Origin: Octopus sinensis
Taxonomy: Eukaryota
NCBI RefSeq assembly: GCF_006345805.1
Contig: NC_042998.1
Coordinates: 46,748,001 to 46,812,000 of the forward strand
Direction: 5' to 3'
Length of the DNA stretch: 64,000 nucleotides
Shown: piece after piece, positions 37,056 to 51,542 of the stretch
Layout of the letters: every line of letters starts with the position of its first letter
Position numbering within the stretch: position 1 is the first letter of the stretch
Made by a program: the position numbers and the translations under genes
The notes under the pieces: generated by a model
What the model was told of the DNA's origin: nothing
Database searches by the model: none
The model's input: the letters and a program-made list of their open reading frames with translations, nothing else

Positions 37056-39664
37056 ATAATTTCAAAATTCTCATAAAATGTAGGACGTATGATAAAATCT
37101 AAACAGGCAAATGAAACAAACTATTTGGAATGGTATATTAGGGCATCCCACGTTTTTTTTCGTTTGCCACTGTTCAAGCTGAGACTACTATAATCATTAT
37201 CAAGATATAAATAACTGGTGTCTCTCCTGTATTCCAACCCTATTTCACTTTGGAAAATTAATATATGAAAGCTAAATATTTTTGCATCACATATGAGTTC
37301 TTTTGGTTGTGAATTACTGGTTCAGCTTTCGAGACGACCGTAAATTTTCCTTTTTTCGTCGTCGCTGTTACTGATGTTTTATTGGGTTTTACATGTCTCT
37401 ATAGATAGGGTTCACGTTTGTCTGCAAGATCTTCATTTTCTTCCTGGATTCCCCCCCACCCCATCTTCAGCTTCCACTGTTTTCCCATTGTCACAAGATG
37501 ATGAAGAGATACTGTTGGCTAGGTAGGAAGCTCTCATTTTGCGGCTTCTGGGGTTGAGATCATGTATTCTCCAGCTTCTCGGTGATCTAAAATTATGGCT
37601 TCTTGTTGTTGCTGCTGCAGTTGATCATTCTTCTTTATTTCTCCCTCTCATCAACCGTTCGCCTGGTTTGGAGAGTTGTACATCAGACTCCTGGTCGGCT
37701 ATTGAAAACATGGGTGACCTTTCTCTTTATCGTCGGTACATTGATCTGTGGCGTACTTGAGCCTGGGGATTTTTGCTTTTGTTGCCATTTATGTTACTCA
37801 CGGCAACATTCTCGCCTTTAAATTTTCCTGTTCTCCAGAACAAAAGTACTGAAATGAACTTTTCTTTCATAAACGAAACTCAATTCTGAGCTATCATAAC
37901 CATATTACAAACCTCATTAGCTCTGCATCAATTATCCGCCTATACAACAATACGAAAGTAATGGTAAATCCGAAAGCAATATGGTTGCTAGTGTTCCTAA
38001 TAGTTACCTTTATTTGTTTACTCTAATTGCCGAGGCACAAGTATATAGTCGGGCTTGTACCTTAATATCTATACCTGTTTAGCGACTGTTTTCGGTCTAA
38101 AAATTAAATAGATGATCCCGTAAGTGCTACACAGCTGAAAGAAAACAACTTCCTATCGTACTTCTGAGGGGAGTTTGTTTCACCTGTTCGACTAAAGACA
38201 TAAGAAAATTCATTTCTCTTTTATTAAGGCACATAGACTGACAATACATTTTCGTCAGGTGGAGACAAACTATTCTTCGTAAAAGGTCACCATCATGCTG
38301 GTTATTTCTGTGGCTACACAGGCATATACAATCATTCAAATTTATAACATTGATTACTAAGTATTGTCTATTTGTTCGTGCTCAGCATAGGATATATTGC
38401 TGTGCAATTAAATTGCTATTGTGTGTGATGTGTGTTTGCGTGTGTATGTGTGCATATGTGAATTGTATTGCTTTGTTAATTATCAATTTCCGTTCGGACT
38501 GGGAGTGGCATGGAAATTTCGGAACCAATTTTCTGTTTGTAGGCAACGTGAAGAATACATAAAACTGTTTGAAAATGACAACTTATTTTCCTTTGTCTAA
38601 ACTCTATATAAGTAGGCTGAAACCTTTCTAAAGCCATCTGTACATGATAATTTCAGAAAAATACTATTCCGTGGAGCAAAATCCGTTCCTTTTCAAGAAT
38701 GAAGAAAAAAATAAACAAACACGTTCGACCTGTTCAGCATTAGATAACAACAGCAACAACAACGACAGTTATGAAAATAATTTCTTAAGCGACCTCATAT
38801 GAAACATTGTAAATAGAAAATGTTTATATACATATTTGTTTTTTAGGATTCAATAACGAGATGGCTAAAACCCAATCCAATTTCACAGGAAACTGTGAAA
38901 GAGTATTTGTTCTGAGTAGGCGAGGATAGATGGTCTCGGCTATAATGAGCAATTACCCTTTCGCTGTTTCCGGCCACTGTTTATAGTCATCTATTGGGTG
39001 CAAGTCAATTAAACTTGGTCATAGTCGCTGCTTTAGGCCTACATTTCAGAAAATTTACTGAGGGCAATATCTCACCTTTAATCCCCAAGCTGCACATAAA
39101 CAGATTACTGAAGTCTTGACAGGAGAGGTAAGTCCTTTACCAGTCCATTCAGTCGTATCTACCACACTACACTGTCTACAATCGTCACCAGACTGAAGAA
39201 AACTGCTTGCTCTTCTTCATTGAAACATCATGGTTGGGCTGATCTTCCCGATGTGCTCGACTGATATTCGAATAAATCATGCACGCAATACGGCTGTTGA
39301 ACACTTCACAAGTCAGTAAATATTTGGACACTGAGCTCTCTCCATGATCTTTGGTCACACTGTTGTTCATATAGGGCTTGCATTGAAACATTACGATCAA
39401 AACATCACTATCATATGCTTTCAGAACAGATCGCTAGCGATGGTTTATTGTTATTTGCTTCAAAAGACATCCTTTAACTAAGAAGTTCATGGAAAAATAT
39501 GTGTTCTCTAAGCTGGGGTGTATTAAATCTTAATATTTTAACATTCCCTTCAAGTTTTGAATACTCTGTTCCTCCTTTGTTGCATACATACAAACATTAT
39601 GTGTGTATGAATATTTAAGCACTGTATGTTCCTGTGGAGAGAAAGAGATACAAGAAGAGATAGG

Positions 39665-39734
<70 letters not shown>

Positions 39735-39928
39735 CAGCAAAACAATTTAGATTCAAATGAATATGGTATTTAACTTAGATGCACCAGAATGTTTGGAAAA
39801 CCTATATGAAATTAGCTGAAGATTACTTAACATTATATTTGCTGTAATATTTGCAGCTTTAATAAATTGTTATAGTATGAAACAATTGTACTAAACTACC
39901 GATCCATTCTTGTTGCTTATTTTTGGGT

Positions 39929-40101
<173 letters not shown>

Positions 40102-40894
40102 GAATATGAGACAGAAAGAGGAAAGAGAGAGGAGAATTTTTGGTCTGTTTCCTTTATTGTTATCCTTTTGTATTCTTTATAAAGAGAATTCAAAATCATA
40201 ATATAAAGAAAAAACAATATTCTTTTAACAGCGTTGTATGAAAATTGGGTATACATATTCATGAAAGAAGTATAGAAAGCTTTAATAAAAGAAAAATATT
40301 ACCTTCAAATGCTATGTTGTGGACGATAGAAGCAAACAAAACTTGGCAACGGCATGAAAGCCTGATACATCTTATAAGAAGTCATGAGACTCATATCAGG
40401 GTTGCGGTCATGTTTGAGGTGGTCATGTTTGCGTTGGTGGTGTTAGTGAGTAAGACTGGTGTCTTCCTGTAGAGCCTGGTTGTCGTGATAACGTTTGTGT
40501 TTGTAATATTTGCGGGTTAAGGTTAAATCTGCTATTGGTAAAAAAAGGGTGTGGTGGTAGTTATGTAAAGAGTGAATGGTAAAGGTCCATGTTATATTTG
40601 TTTGAAATGCAACATACATACATCTAAAGGAGATGCAAAAACACAATCAAAACAAAACCAAACAATATTTTCTATATTAAAAGGTCTGTGCAAACCACAA
40701 GGTGATGAGCAACATAAAGAAATGAACTGTGAACAAAAAATGGACGAAAGCAAGTGGTTGACTGGTGTAAAGAAAAGATGGAGCTCTGAGGTTGTATCTT
40801 TTGCTGACCTCCTACGAGCTCAGAGCTATAAATTTGATGAATTAATTGGATAGTTAAGATCATGCCACGTCAGATTGCAATTTGCTATGCTTGT

Positions 40895-41105
40895 AAAGCG
40901 TCGAGCTAGCAGAAACGCTAGATTGCCGGGCAAAGTGCATTGCGGTATTTCGTCAGTCTTTACGTTCTGAGTTCAAATGTCACCGGGGTCGAGTTTGTAT
41001 TTCATCTATTCGGGGTTAGCGAAATAGATACCAGTTGAACACTGGGTCGATGTAATCGATTTACCCCTTCCCCGAAACTGCTGGCCTTGTGCCAAAATTT
41101 GAAAC
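40895..41105 (+). mobile_element. SINE family C
   Basis: cgagctagcagaaacg..gttctgagttcaaat..tttcatctattcgggg..ccagttgaacactgggtcgatgtaatcga. Confidence 0.8.
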
Positions 41106-43363
41106 CGATTTATAATTTACTCACTTAGGGTCTTCAGTGACCACTCTGAGTTCGAGTATTAGATGATGAAACAAATGAGCATATAAAGTAATTCTACGGT
41201 AGGCTGTATTGTAAAAGACTCTGGTATTTATTTGTCACAGTATGGCGAACTGAGGCAAAATAGAATTAAATAAGCTGCTCATATCTCAGCTCACTGAGCC
41301 TAGAGGTGTTATATTGGCATAACTTTATTTTGTTATTCATTCACCTCTTCATCGAATAGTGCGATGAAAGGCTATGTTTTGCTGATGTAATCAGAATAAA
41401 AATAGAAGTACTCTTAATTTCTGATACACTGAAACAATATTCTAAGTATCATTTTGAATGGGTGATCCGATTTACATCAGCAAAGAGAAGAAAATCTATT
41501 CTATATTTAATTATTTTGTAGCCATAATGATTAAAATTCTGGTATATATTTCAGATATACAATTTATCTCGGTCACATTCACGCGCGCACACACGCACAT
41601 ACACACACACATACACACACACAAGCATACACCCGCACGAAACACCTGTAAGGTATACAGATGTATCAGTATCTTATGGCATTATGACATGCTGCTATAT
41701 AAACGGTAAAGCTAAAAAAAAAATATTAATCTTCGTTCTTTTTTATCTTTAGCAGTAAACGGTTTTATTTGTTTATATATCTGGGTGTGGATAAGGCAAA
41801 GGTCATTTCCGGTGTTTCTGCTATACAAATCATTAATTTATTCTGAAAGTTTAGACATGAAAGTGAATACGAAACAAGGTAAGATGGTATTTTCTCACGA
41901 GTTGATGTAAGAGGATTGTCAGACCTTATTAAAAGAAAATCATTAGACTAGTATAGTGATAATAACATCACTGAAGATCACATAAGCAACCACAGCGGTG
42001 AAAATATGGTTCAATGTTCTTAAAAGCAACAATAATAGCCGTAGCAACAAGCCTTTGGTGAGAACAATAGTAATTTGACCTCATTTCACACTCTAATGTC
42101 TTAAAGGAGAAATAATGTATAGTCGGTAATATAGTCCTTAGATATAAATTACCTAAATATAATAAAAAACGAGTTGTTACGGTTGAAACGCCATTGATCA
42201 TAGGCCTACTCGCATAGAGTTGATCTTGTTAAACGAAAATCAAGACACTACAAAAAACATAAGGTTTCATGAAATTTATTGCAAGTCGGAAATTCTCTCT
42301 CCATCACCACCTTCTACATTAAATGATAGGTGAGGAAGATGAGAGAAAAAACCCGACCATAAACTTTTTCCACTTGCCTACCTCAATATCTCTTTACCAT
42401 AGCCACCATGCTGGAAAAAAACTGTTTTACCAAAGAAAGGCGGCAGAAGATTTAGCATGAACCCGGTGAACATCGCAATTTCTATCAAACAACGCAGCAA
42501 TTTTTCAATATAATTTGATGTATCAAGGATAGCTTGTTTTAGTCATATCGACGGGAACTTTTAGGGGTATAAGCTCTGCCGCAATAAACATCTGATGCGT
42601 TTTGTTTCTGTTGCTTATCAAGAAGAGGGATGATAATGACCCTAACTGTTCTGAGTACAACTGAGAGAATAAAGAAGGGACATGGTTATTCTTAGAGCAG
42701 AATTCTGACTCAAATGTCTACTCTAGAGTGGACTTATTTAAAAGCAACTTAGTGTCCAAGTGGTGGTCTTTAAACGAACACCGGATTAAATCTATCATAT
42801 TTTAGTCCGCTTCATTCCATCCCAAATATATTCTGGTATATATTCTGCTGTAACAGTTTGTAACAGACAAGTACTAAAATTTGTAGTTGTACATGTAGGA
42901 CACTTATTTGTAGAATTCGAAATATTGCTCGATCAGAAAAAGCCGTGGAAAAGTTTGCATTGGGTTATCATCACTAATGTCTTCTAAAACCTCTTAGAGT
43001 GTGAAGGTAGTCTTACCACTGAAGGTAGTCATCCAGTCTGTAGAACAGTGTGAGCGTCTGCAAACACTCCGAATGCTAAGCTGTCGTGATTAGTCTATTT
43101 TTTACCCTAAATTTCAACCACGAAGCATTTTTTTATAAACAAATTTGATTCCGGCTTTTTTGATTCATAATCTCAGTTCATATCTTTGCATCCAACCAAG
43201 GACATTTAAACTTTCCAAAAGCATTAGAAGGGTAAGCATTCCAGACAATACTGGGAACAATACACGGCTATTAGGTTGAGTTATAGAAACGAAGTATCCA
43301 TTCAGTGAGTTCTATTCAACACATGTTTACACGTGGAATTAGCAGAATCATTATTAACTTTAG

Positions 43364-44449
43364 ATGGCTCGCAGGCGAGGTGAACAAATTAGTGAGAGAG
43401 ATAGACTGGCAATACTTCTACGCTACCAGCAAATTAAAGATGGGGTCACAAATGAAACAGTGAGTGATCTTTGCAATGCCTTTCAAGTAGACCGCAATAT
43501 ACCAGCGCAAATTTATAAATTGCAACTCTTTGTGGAACAATACAGACAAAACAGCGTTCTGGGCGACCAAGCCTTGTCAAAAATGCTGCTATGCAAGAAA
43601 GAATGATCAATGCTATTCGTGAAAGGCGTACTGCAACCAGTAGACTACTTGGTAGAGAATTGGGATACTCTAACAGTACTGCAAACATAATGAGGTATAT
43701 TCTAAAACTTTGCGCTCAAGGCCGTGTGAGTAGACCACCTTTATTTGCCCTAAACATGGAAAAACGTTTGCAGTTTCGTCAGGAACATCCAAATGTTAGA
43801 CCACATACAGGTTTCTTAGATGAAAAATGGTGGCATACATTTTGGGGTAGCAAGAAGATTTACAGACGGTCAACATCACCGCATATTTATGAACACCCAC
43901 CATGTCATGTTCCTAAAGCTATGTTTATCGCTGTGATTAGCAGAGACGCGCCTGGTGGAAAAGTTGGGTTTTGGCCAGTTGCTGAACAAAGACAATATGT
44001 ACGGAACTCTCGATATCATCAACGCAATGATCCTTATTGGAGAGCTTTAAGCCGCGAAGTTGCTTTTTTCTGCCGTACACTGGATGTTGATATTTTACCA
44101 GCCTGTGAAGAACATGGGATCCGCATATTGCAAATGGACAATGCAAAACCACATATTGTCAACAATGTGGATGCTTCTATTGCCGAAGTAATAGCTCGTT
44201 ACCCGACAGTGTAACTTTGATTGCAACCGCCTCAAAGCCCGGATTTAAATCCATTAGATGAACGCATTTTCAAAGTTTTGGCCATTAAAGTTGAACTGAA
44301 AAACCCTACAACGAGGCATGAATTGCACGAAGCCGTCTTGCAGTCTTGGGAATAGCTATCTGAGCGAAAAATTCGTGGATGTATTCAACATCAAACTCGT
44401 GTTCGGTTTCAGATAGTTGATTGTCGTGGTGGAAACAGATTCGTGTAAT
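43364..44449 (+). pseudogene. DD39D (plant-mariner/Guest-like) Tc1/mariner transposase, inactivated
   Basis: FLDEKWW..PKAMFIAVISR..GKVGFWP..QMDNAKPH..(two in-frame stops)..LQPPQSPDLNPLDE; 39 codons between the second and third D; frameshift near 43590; ends ..GGNRFV* at 44449. Confidence 0.8.
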
Positions 44450-46044
44450 AAATTTTGTGTTTATTTTTGTTTCATAATATATATTTTTTCGGATGCAGCC
44501 AGACTTTTCACATAGTTTACATGTTGGCTACATCTCGGATACTTGAAATTTTCTGCTCTCTCACTTCATCCTAGTTCCCTTTTGGTAGATCTGACCAAAG
44601 TACCCCTAAAACAGTTAAAACGGACTATTAGCTCAACAACAAATAAGCATTCAAAAGGAATTGCCTTTCTAACTGACTATCCGTCTTACACATTTCACCA
44701 TATACGCTTACTTTGTACACATCACATTTATTTTCGAATAAGTGATAGACCACGAATGCCATGCCAAATGCATATGCTAATAGCTCACTAGTATCTGTCC
44801 TTTCAAGTGGATGTTTTTAATAGTTTCCAACTTTCTCAATAAACACTCTAGCGCCAGTACGTAAAACGAAAATGATGAATGAAGAGACATGATTGTCACA
44901 AAGAGCACAAGATGCCGAAAAGGTCCCACATGTGGTCATATACATGGACCACTGTAAAAATGTCACAATTGTGAAAATGATTATCTAGCCGCTGAAAAAT
45001 TGTGACTGCTGGTAGAACAGTTTTCATGTATCGATGACTGACCCTGTTGAATGCTTTCGACTTTTCCAAATTGATTACTCACAAGTCAGATTTACCCGCT
45101 AGTAACTAAACTATGTAACATGTTGTGGATTTCACAAATATATGATGTTGTGACAAGATAATCGAATTCAAATGCCAGGCACTTTCAAAAACAAAATCTC
45201 AAATTATTCATTTTCATTCAGCAGAAATTTCATCCTGGTGATCGTGTTCAGAATTTTATAAATTTGTGGAAATTTGACACCCTAAAAATGACATATTTAC
45301 AAAATCGGCTAAAATTCCGACAAAAATCTTCGATGATTCATTTTGCAGAGTTGAGGACCTGAATCTATCAACATCCCCAGTCCCTTTTTGTTATTATCCT
45401 TGCGTACCTGAGTGATAGTCTTAATCCTGATTTAAGCGTCGACACCATATTCTTTAGTGCTTTTATTGAAGTCCGCATTTTGCAAGAATTCGAGCCAAAT
45501 CTCCAGTATTTAAAAAAAAATATTTCCCTTTTAAACCAGTCTCCAAATCCTGTTAAAGAATTAAGGAGTGTGCCCTGTCGGCTCTAACTAAACCACAAAA
45601 ATATATCCATGACCGGGATTTCCTATTTTCATAACGGGGAAGTATTTTTGTTAGACATGACACATTATTCAATGTGTTCACCACATTTTAAAGTGCATTC
45701 AGTATCGTATGAAGAAGATTTAGATTGTATTTCTAGAAGATCGAAAAACCACGATGATACTTCCTCCTGGTTTTAGTGTTGATGCCTTTATGTGTTTTCC
45801 AGATTTTTCTTGGCCAATCTTATTCGTTGATTGATAGAAAATGTTATACCCAAGAAGCTGCTGACAGACGTGCTCTATTTTCGCAGGTTCGCCACTACCA
45901 CTTTGAAGTCTAGTCCTCTTGCACCTCCTTAAATTGTCAGCAATGTTGTTAACATATCGAGAAAATTTGTTAGCGTACCAAGAGGAGAAAAACACGAACA
46001 TAATAGTAATAATAACAACAACAATATCAGCAACAACAATCCTT

Positions 46045-46610
46045 TCTACTGGAGGTACAAGGCCTAAAATTTGAGGGGAGCTGGGTAGTCGATTACATCG
46101 ACCCAATGCGTAACTGATACTTATTTCATTGACCCAGAAAGAATGAAAGGGAAGATCGCCCTCGGCAGAATTTGAACTCAGAAGCAAAATACCTATTTTT
46201 TACTACCCACAAGGGGCTAAACAGAGAAAACAAACAAGGACAGACAAACGGATTAAATCGATTATGTCGACTCCAGTACGTAACTGGTACTTATTTAATC
46301 GACCCCGAAAGGATGAACGGCAAAGTCGACCTCGGCGGAATTTGAACTCAGAACGTAGCAGCAGACAAAATACCGCTAAGCATTTCGTCCAACGTGCAAA
46401 CGTTTCTGCCGGTTCGCCGCCTTAACAGCAAAGCAATAATAATAATGATAATGATGATGAGGAGGATGAGTAGGAGGATAGTTGCAAATTTTGGCACTTG
46501 GCCATCAATGTTTAGGGAGGGGTAAGTCGGTTACCTCGACCCCAGTGCCTAGGCTGGTACTTATGTTATCGACCCTGGAAAGATGAAAACCAAAGTCGAC
46601 TGCAGAGGCA
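46045..46610 (-). mobile_element. Cluster of three SINE family C copies
   Basis: Cores at ~46130, ~46300 (well preserved: atcgaccccgaaaggatgaacggcaaagtcgacctcggcggaatttgaactcagaacg) and ~46570. Confidence 0.85.
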
Positions 46611-46615
46611 TTAGA

Positions 46616-46682
<67 letters not shown>

Positions 46683-46703
46683 TTATTATTATTATTATTA
46701 TTA

Positions 46704-46747
<44 letters not shown>

Positions 46748-46790
46748 GTAGTAGTAGTAGTAGTAGTAGTAGTTCTTTCGTTTATTTATT
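46616..46790. repeat. (TTA)n/(GTA)n microsatellite
   Basis: Direct reading. Confidence 0.95.
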
Positions 46791-46888
46791 ACTAGGTCCA
46801 CACTAAAGGATAGCAACATAGCAAAGGATAGCAAGTGATTGATACATTAACATAAATTTTTTTACATAAATACGAAAAATACATTGAA

Positions 46889-46982
<94 letters not shown>

Positions 46983-47469
46983 GCTAGCTAGCTAGATAGA
47001 TTTGAACTGAGAATGCAAAGACACTTTGTCTGGCGTGTTAACGATTCTACCAGCTCGCCACTTTAGTAGTAGTAGTAGTAGTAGTAGTATAGTAGTAGTA
47101 GTAGTAGTAGTAGCAGCAGCAGCAGCATCAAAAACAATAACAAGTGCGATATGAAAGTCAAAATGAAAACTGAAATAATTGGAACACATAAAGGGATTTA
47201 AAAGAGGGTAAAAAAAAGCAAGAACTAAAACACAAGAGAGCATAGACGGGCTCAGAAGTTTTATACACTGTCCAAATGTAGTTAGTATTATGTATCGAAC
47301 CTCATTCGCAAAGCCCAACCAATACAAATACCATCCAATAAATCAGAAAACATACTCATAGAAAGACACTTTTCGGAATCCGGAACCTCCTCCGCACTAT
47401 GGAACTCAGGCCTCTCAACAGAACCTACAAAATCCCCACCAGATAAAATATCACAATACATACATATAG

Positions 47470-47531
47470 TCGTAGGAGTGGCTGTGTGGTAAGTAACTTG
47501 CTTACCAACCACATGGTTCCGGGTTCAGTCC
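47470..47531 (+). mobile_element. SINE family D head only
   Basis: gtaggagtggctgtgtggtaagtaacttgcttaccaaccacatggttccgggttcagtccc. Confidence 0.8.
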
Positions 47532-48274
47532 CTCAGGTTGGTACGCTTACAGTTATCAACAATTCGTAGAACCACAAATTAGAGCGAAGTGCGAGATAGG
47601 AGTCTCGGGCAGACAAGCTGTCTTGAAAAAGAACTGGCAGGGGTCCTAACAAAAGTACTGTCCTTGCCTGATATCCCAACACCTACGCAATCGCAAGTAT
47701 TCTACATAATCACCGCCCCACAATAAAACACGCAACACCAATCAAACAATACATACGATACGCAATCACCGCCCAACAAAATAACACATCATGTAAAGCA
47801 TATATTTTACAAATCTTCATACTGACCGGATTTCAAATATTATGTATAAATAAACATCGCGCCAAGACCTATTCACTATTCATATAAATAAACTAACAAA
47901 AAGGGACATTTAAAAAAGGCGACTGATAACTGTGTAAGTAATACAAGGATTTACTTTGAGAGTTATTGATCTTTACACCATACATTGATAATGTTTTACA
48001 AATGTTCGCCTAGCCGGCTTTTGGATACCACATGTAAAGAAACTAAAGAAACGCAATAGCGATGATGATGATAACAACAGCAACAACCACGAGTTGCGAA
48101 TATATATGCTTAACAGAAGGGAAATAGCACTGCATGATATTGCACAGATCATATGTAGAGCACTTTCAATACATTAAAAATAACCACACCAAAACAAACT
48201 ACAGCACATACCCAAGGCACACAGGGCTGTGTTCGGTATTGCAATGAATGTACGTAATTAAAATAAGACTACTG

Positions 48275-48390
48275 AATAATAATAATAATAATGATGATGA
48301 TGATGATAAAGATAATAATAATAATAATGACAATAATAATGATAATAATAATAATAATAACGATAATAATAATAATAATAATAATAATAA

Positions 48391-48452
<62 letters not shown>

Positions 48453-48510
48453 GTAGTAGTGATGAAAAAGCTGATAGTGGTGGTGGTGGTGGTGGTGGTG
48501 GTGGCAGTGG
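48275..48510. repeat. (AAT)n(TAG)n(TGG)n compound trinucleotide repeat
   Basis: Direct reading. Confidence 0.95.
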
Positions 48511-48689
48511 TTGAGTAGGAGGAGATTGCAAGAACAGTTTACAGTATTTATGGGGGGTTACATAAAAAGATAAGGAAAAGAAAGGGGTAGGGTGGAGATA
48601 TGAGATAAAAAGTATATATAGTATGCTAAATATGTGAAGACGTGGAATATGCAGTCCTCCTGGTACAGCAAAAACTCAATTTAGGACTA

Positions 48690-49960
48690 AATTGGTCCAG
48701 GCTCGCATTGACCATGAGGAGAACAAGTCTTGGATTATATGTTGTTCTCCAATCCATAAACGCGCGCTTACAGTAGTTCCATTCACTCTGACCGATTTTG
48801 TAATGGTCATCTACGTTTTTACATATTCGTTGGGGTTGGTGGAGTAAGCCTCTCTCCGCCCTTACTTTTCTTTCTAAGGGGAGCTTGAAAAAGTCGACGA
48901 GGGTCTGACTGAAGAGAGAGAGGGATCTGTCCTGGAACAAGACATTGACGAAAACTTGATAAAGACAAAGACTGATAAAACTCAAAGATCAAAATCAGTA
49001 TCTGTTGAAAAAGACGAAAGTATTAACCATCTCTTAAATTTATGCAATAAGCATGCACAAAAAAGTACCAGCTCAGGCATAACCAGGTTGGTAAAATACT
49101 GCATTGGGATGTTAGACGACCACGTGGAGTTGAAGTAGCAGAAAATGGTATGAACACGAGCCAGAGTCTATGAAGACGTATTGGATTGGAAGCACTTCGT
49201 CGGTTACGACGATGAGGGTTCCGGTTGATCCGAATCAACGGAACAGCCAGCTCGTGAAATTAACGTGTAAGTGGCTGAGCACTCCACAGACACGTGTACC
49301 CTTAACGTAGTTCTCGGGGATATTCAGCGTGACACAGAGAGTGACAAGGCCGGCCTTTTGAAATACAGGTACAACAGAAACAGGCAGTAAGAGTGAGAGA
49401 AAGTTGTGGTGAAAGAGTACAGCAGGGATCACCACCATCCCTGCCGGAGCCTCGTGGAGCTTTTAGGTGTTTTCGCTCAATAAACACTCACAACGCCCGG
49501 TCTGGGAATCGAAACCGCGAGCCTATGACCACGAGCCCGCTGCCCTAACCACTGGGCCATTGCCCCTCCATGAAGACGTATGGCGATTACAGGATTGTAT
49601 GGGATTCCACCATAAACCATAAAGACGGACGATATTATTGAAGCAAGGAGACTGGGTATATTTGTAGAAGTGTTAAAAGAAAATTGTGTAAGATCATAGA
49701 CTTTGTAACACTCTATGATAATAGAGTGGATACTAAAGAAACGGAGAACATTGAGAAATACCTGGACCAAGCCAGAGAGATGAAGAGATTGTGGACGACA
49801 AAGGCGATTGCTGTGCCAGTGATAATTGGTGTATTTGGTACAACATCCTAACAGCTACCTAAGAGCCTGAAAAATATTGTAATTAAGACATGTAATGTCG
49901 ACCTGCTTGTAAGTGCTATTTTGTATTGCACAAGATTTCTAAGAAGAATTCTTGAAATTT
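48690..49960 (+). pseudogene. R4/Dong-like RLE LINE C-terminus, decayed, interrupted by a SINE
   Basis: KDESINHLLNLCNKHAQ (CCHC remnant), RHNQVGKILHW..WYEHEPES; after the SINE: KIIDF..EKYLDQAREMKRLWTTKAIAVPVIIGVFGT. Confidence 0.8.
49182..49570 (-). mobile_element. SINE family A, tail type 2, with 11-bp TSD
   Basis: TGAAGACGTAT at 49171-49181 and 49571-49581; (TGGA)-like tail. Confidence 0.92.
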
Positions 49961-50456
49961 GAGGAGGTGCATTGCCTCAAAAACGCAAAACAACTGCCCT
50001 GCTGACGAATAAAGTATGTAATATCTTTATCATAGAAATAATAACAAAGGGGTATGTTATTTCTATTCAGGAGCAGTGCCTTCCATCTAGGAGTTACCAG
50101 CGTAAGGTTCTCGAACACAAAATGGAAACGCATACACAAAAGGAAACGGAAATACATGACTATATGCACACGAATACACATAGACACATATGGAGACACA
50201 CATCCATAGATAACAGACGAATGCCCATAGACACACAAATCCATACACATAGACACATTCGAGCATACATACACAAGGAGACAGAAGTAGACACAAATAC
50301 ACATACACACATACAAACACAGACATGAATATACATACACATATACATATTAATTTATGGTGACCAGTAATAAAGCCACGGGGAAAAAAGACAAATAATT
50401 CATGGGATGCGGACAAACAACCCCCGAGGAAAAAATCCGCACTGGACAAAACCCTT

Positions 50457-51023
50457 GTGACTTTTTTATCTGTGACTTTTTATCTGTGACTTTATTATCG
50501 AGACTTTTTTTCCTGTGACTTTATTATCGTGACTTTTTTTCCTATGACTTTTTTATCTGTGACTTTTTTCCTGTGACTTTTTTATAGTGACCTTTTTTCC
50601 TGTGACTTTATTATCGTGACTTTTTTTCCTGTGACTTTATTATCGTGACTTTTTTCCTGTGACTGTTTTCCTGTGACTTTATTATCTGTGACTTTCTTCC
50701 TGTGACTTTTTTTATCTGTGACTTTTTTTCCTGTGACTATTTTATCTGTAATTTTTTTTTCCTGTGACTATTTTATCTGCGACTTTTTTTCCTGTAACTT
50801 TTTATCGTGACTTTTATTCCTGTGACTTTATTATCGTGACTATTTCCTGTGACTTTTTCCTGTACCTTTTTTCCTGTGACTTTATTATCGTAACTTTTTT
50901 TTCCTGTGACTTTTTTATCTGTGACATTTTTCCTGTGACTTTTTTTATCTGTGACTTTTTTCCTGTGACTTTATTATCTGTGACTTTTTTTCCTGTGACT
51001 TTATTATCTGTGACTTTTTTTCC
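50457..51023. repeat. GTGAC-T-rich minisatellite (14-19-nt units)
   Basis: More than 30 units of GTGACTTTTTTTCCT or GTGACTTTATTATC(T). Confidence 0.92.
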
Positions 51024-51486
51024 ATGGATTCGAGTCCTTATCGATTGACAAGCTTGCAAAAGCAACGAAAAATTTGGAAGAATAATATAAATAATAAATG
51101 AGTTTGTCAGATAATAAGACATTAAGACAATATGACTCTCCTCAGACACAACAGATTCAGCTAGTATGTTGGACTATTTCCCAATACGCTTCTCTTTTTC
51201 TTTTAAATATGTAGGTTTTGACTTTTCTCTTCTACTGCTACGAAGTTACACTATCACCTACGGGTTTCCCTTATTTACTTTAATATAACGTGATTATTCC
51301 AGTTCTATATTTAAGAGATGAGGAATTATGCACATTATTTACATATGATGGATATTTGTCCTCATCTTGTTTGTCATTAACACAACGTTTCGGCTGATAT
51401 ACCTTGGGTAAATTTTGAACCTGGGTTCTTATTCCTAAGATATTCTTTTCGATGCTATTATTATAATAATAATAATAATAATAATA

Positions 51487-51542
<56 letters not shown>

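Noticed and set aside
39100-39460. Minus-strand open stretch (LKAYDSDVLIVMFQ..), possibly a transposase remnant
   Set aside because: No diagnostic motif recognised.
42540-44640. Candidate TIRs for the DD39D element (ttttaggggta at ~42559 vs tacccctaaaa at ~44601)
   Set aside because: Only an 11-bp match with no convincing extension or TA TSD.
45905-45925. Minus-strand peptide GARGLDFK resembling DEAD-box motif V
   Set aside because: Followed by a stop within ~10 codons, with no motif VI or upstream motifs.
47290-47460. AC-rich segment resembling a second NUMT
   Set aside because: No frame gives a recognisable mitochondrial protein motif.
50457-51023. Repeat array as a possible CRISPR
   Set aside because: Units are contiguous with no unique spacers, the context is eukaryotic and there are no cas genes.
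51380-51405. Minus-strand CAGCC-GAAACGTT as a hammerhead
   Set aside because: Only the GAAA/stem III half is present; no CUGANGA upstream in this copy.
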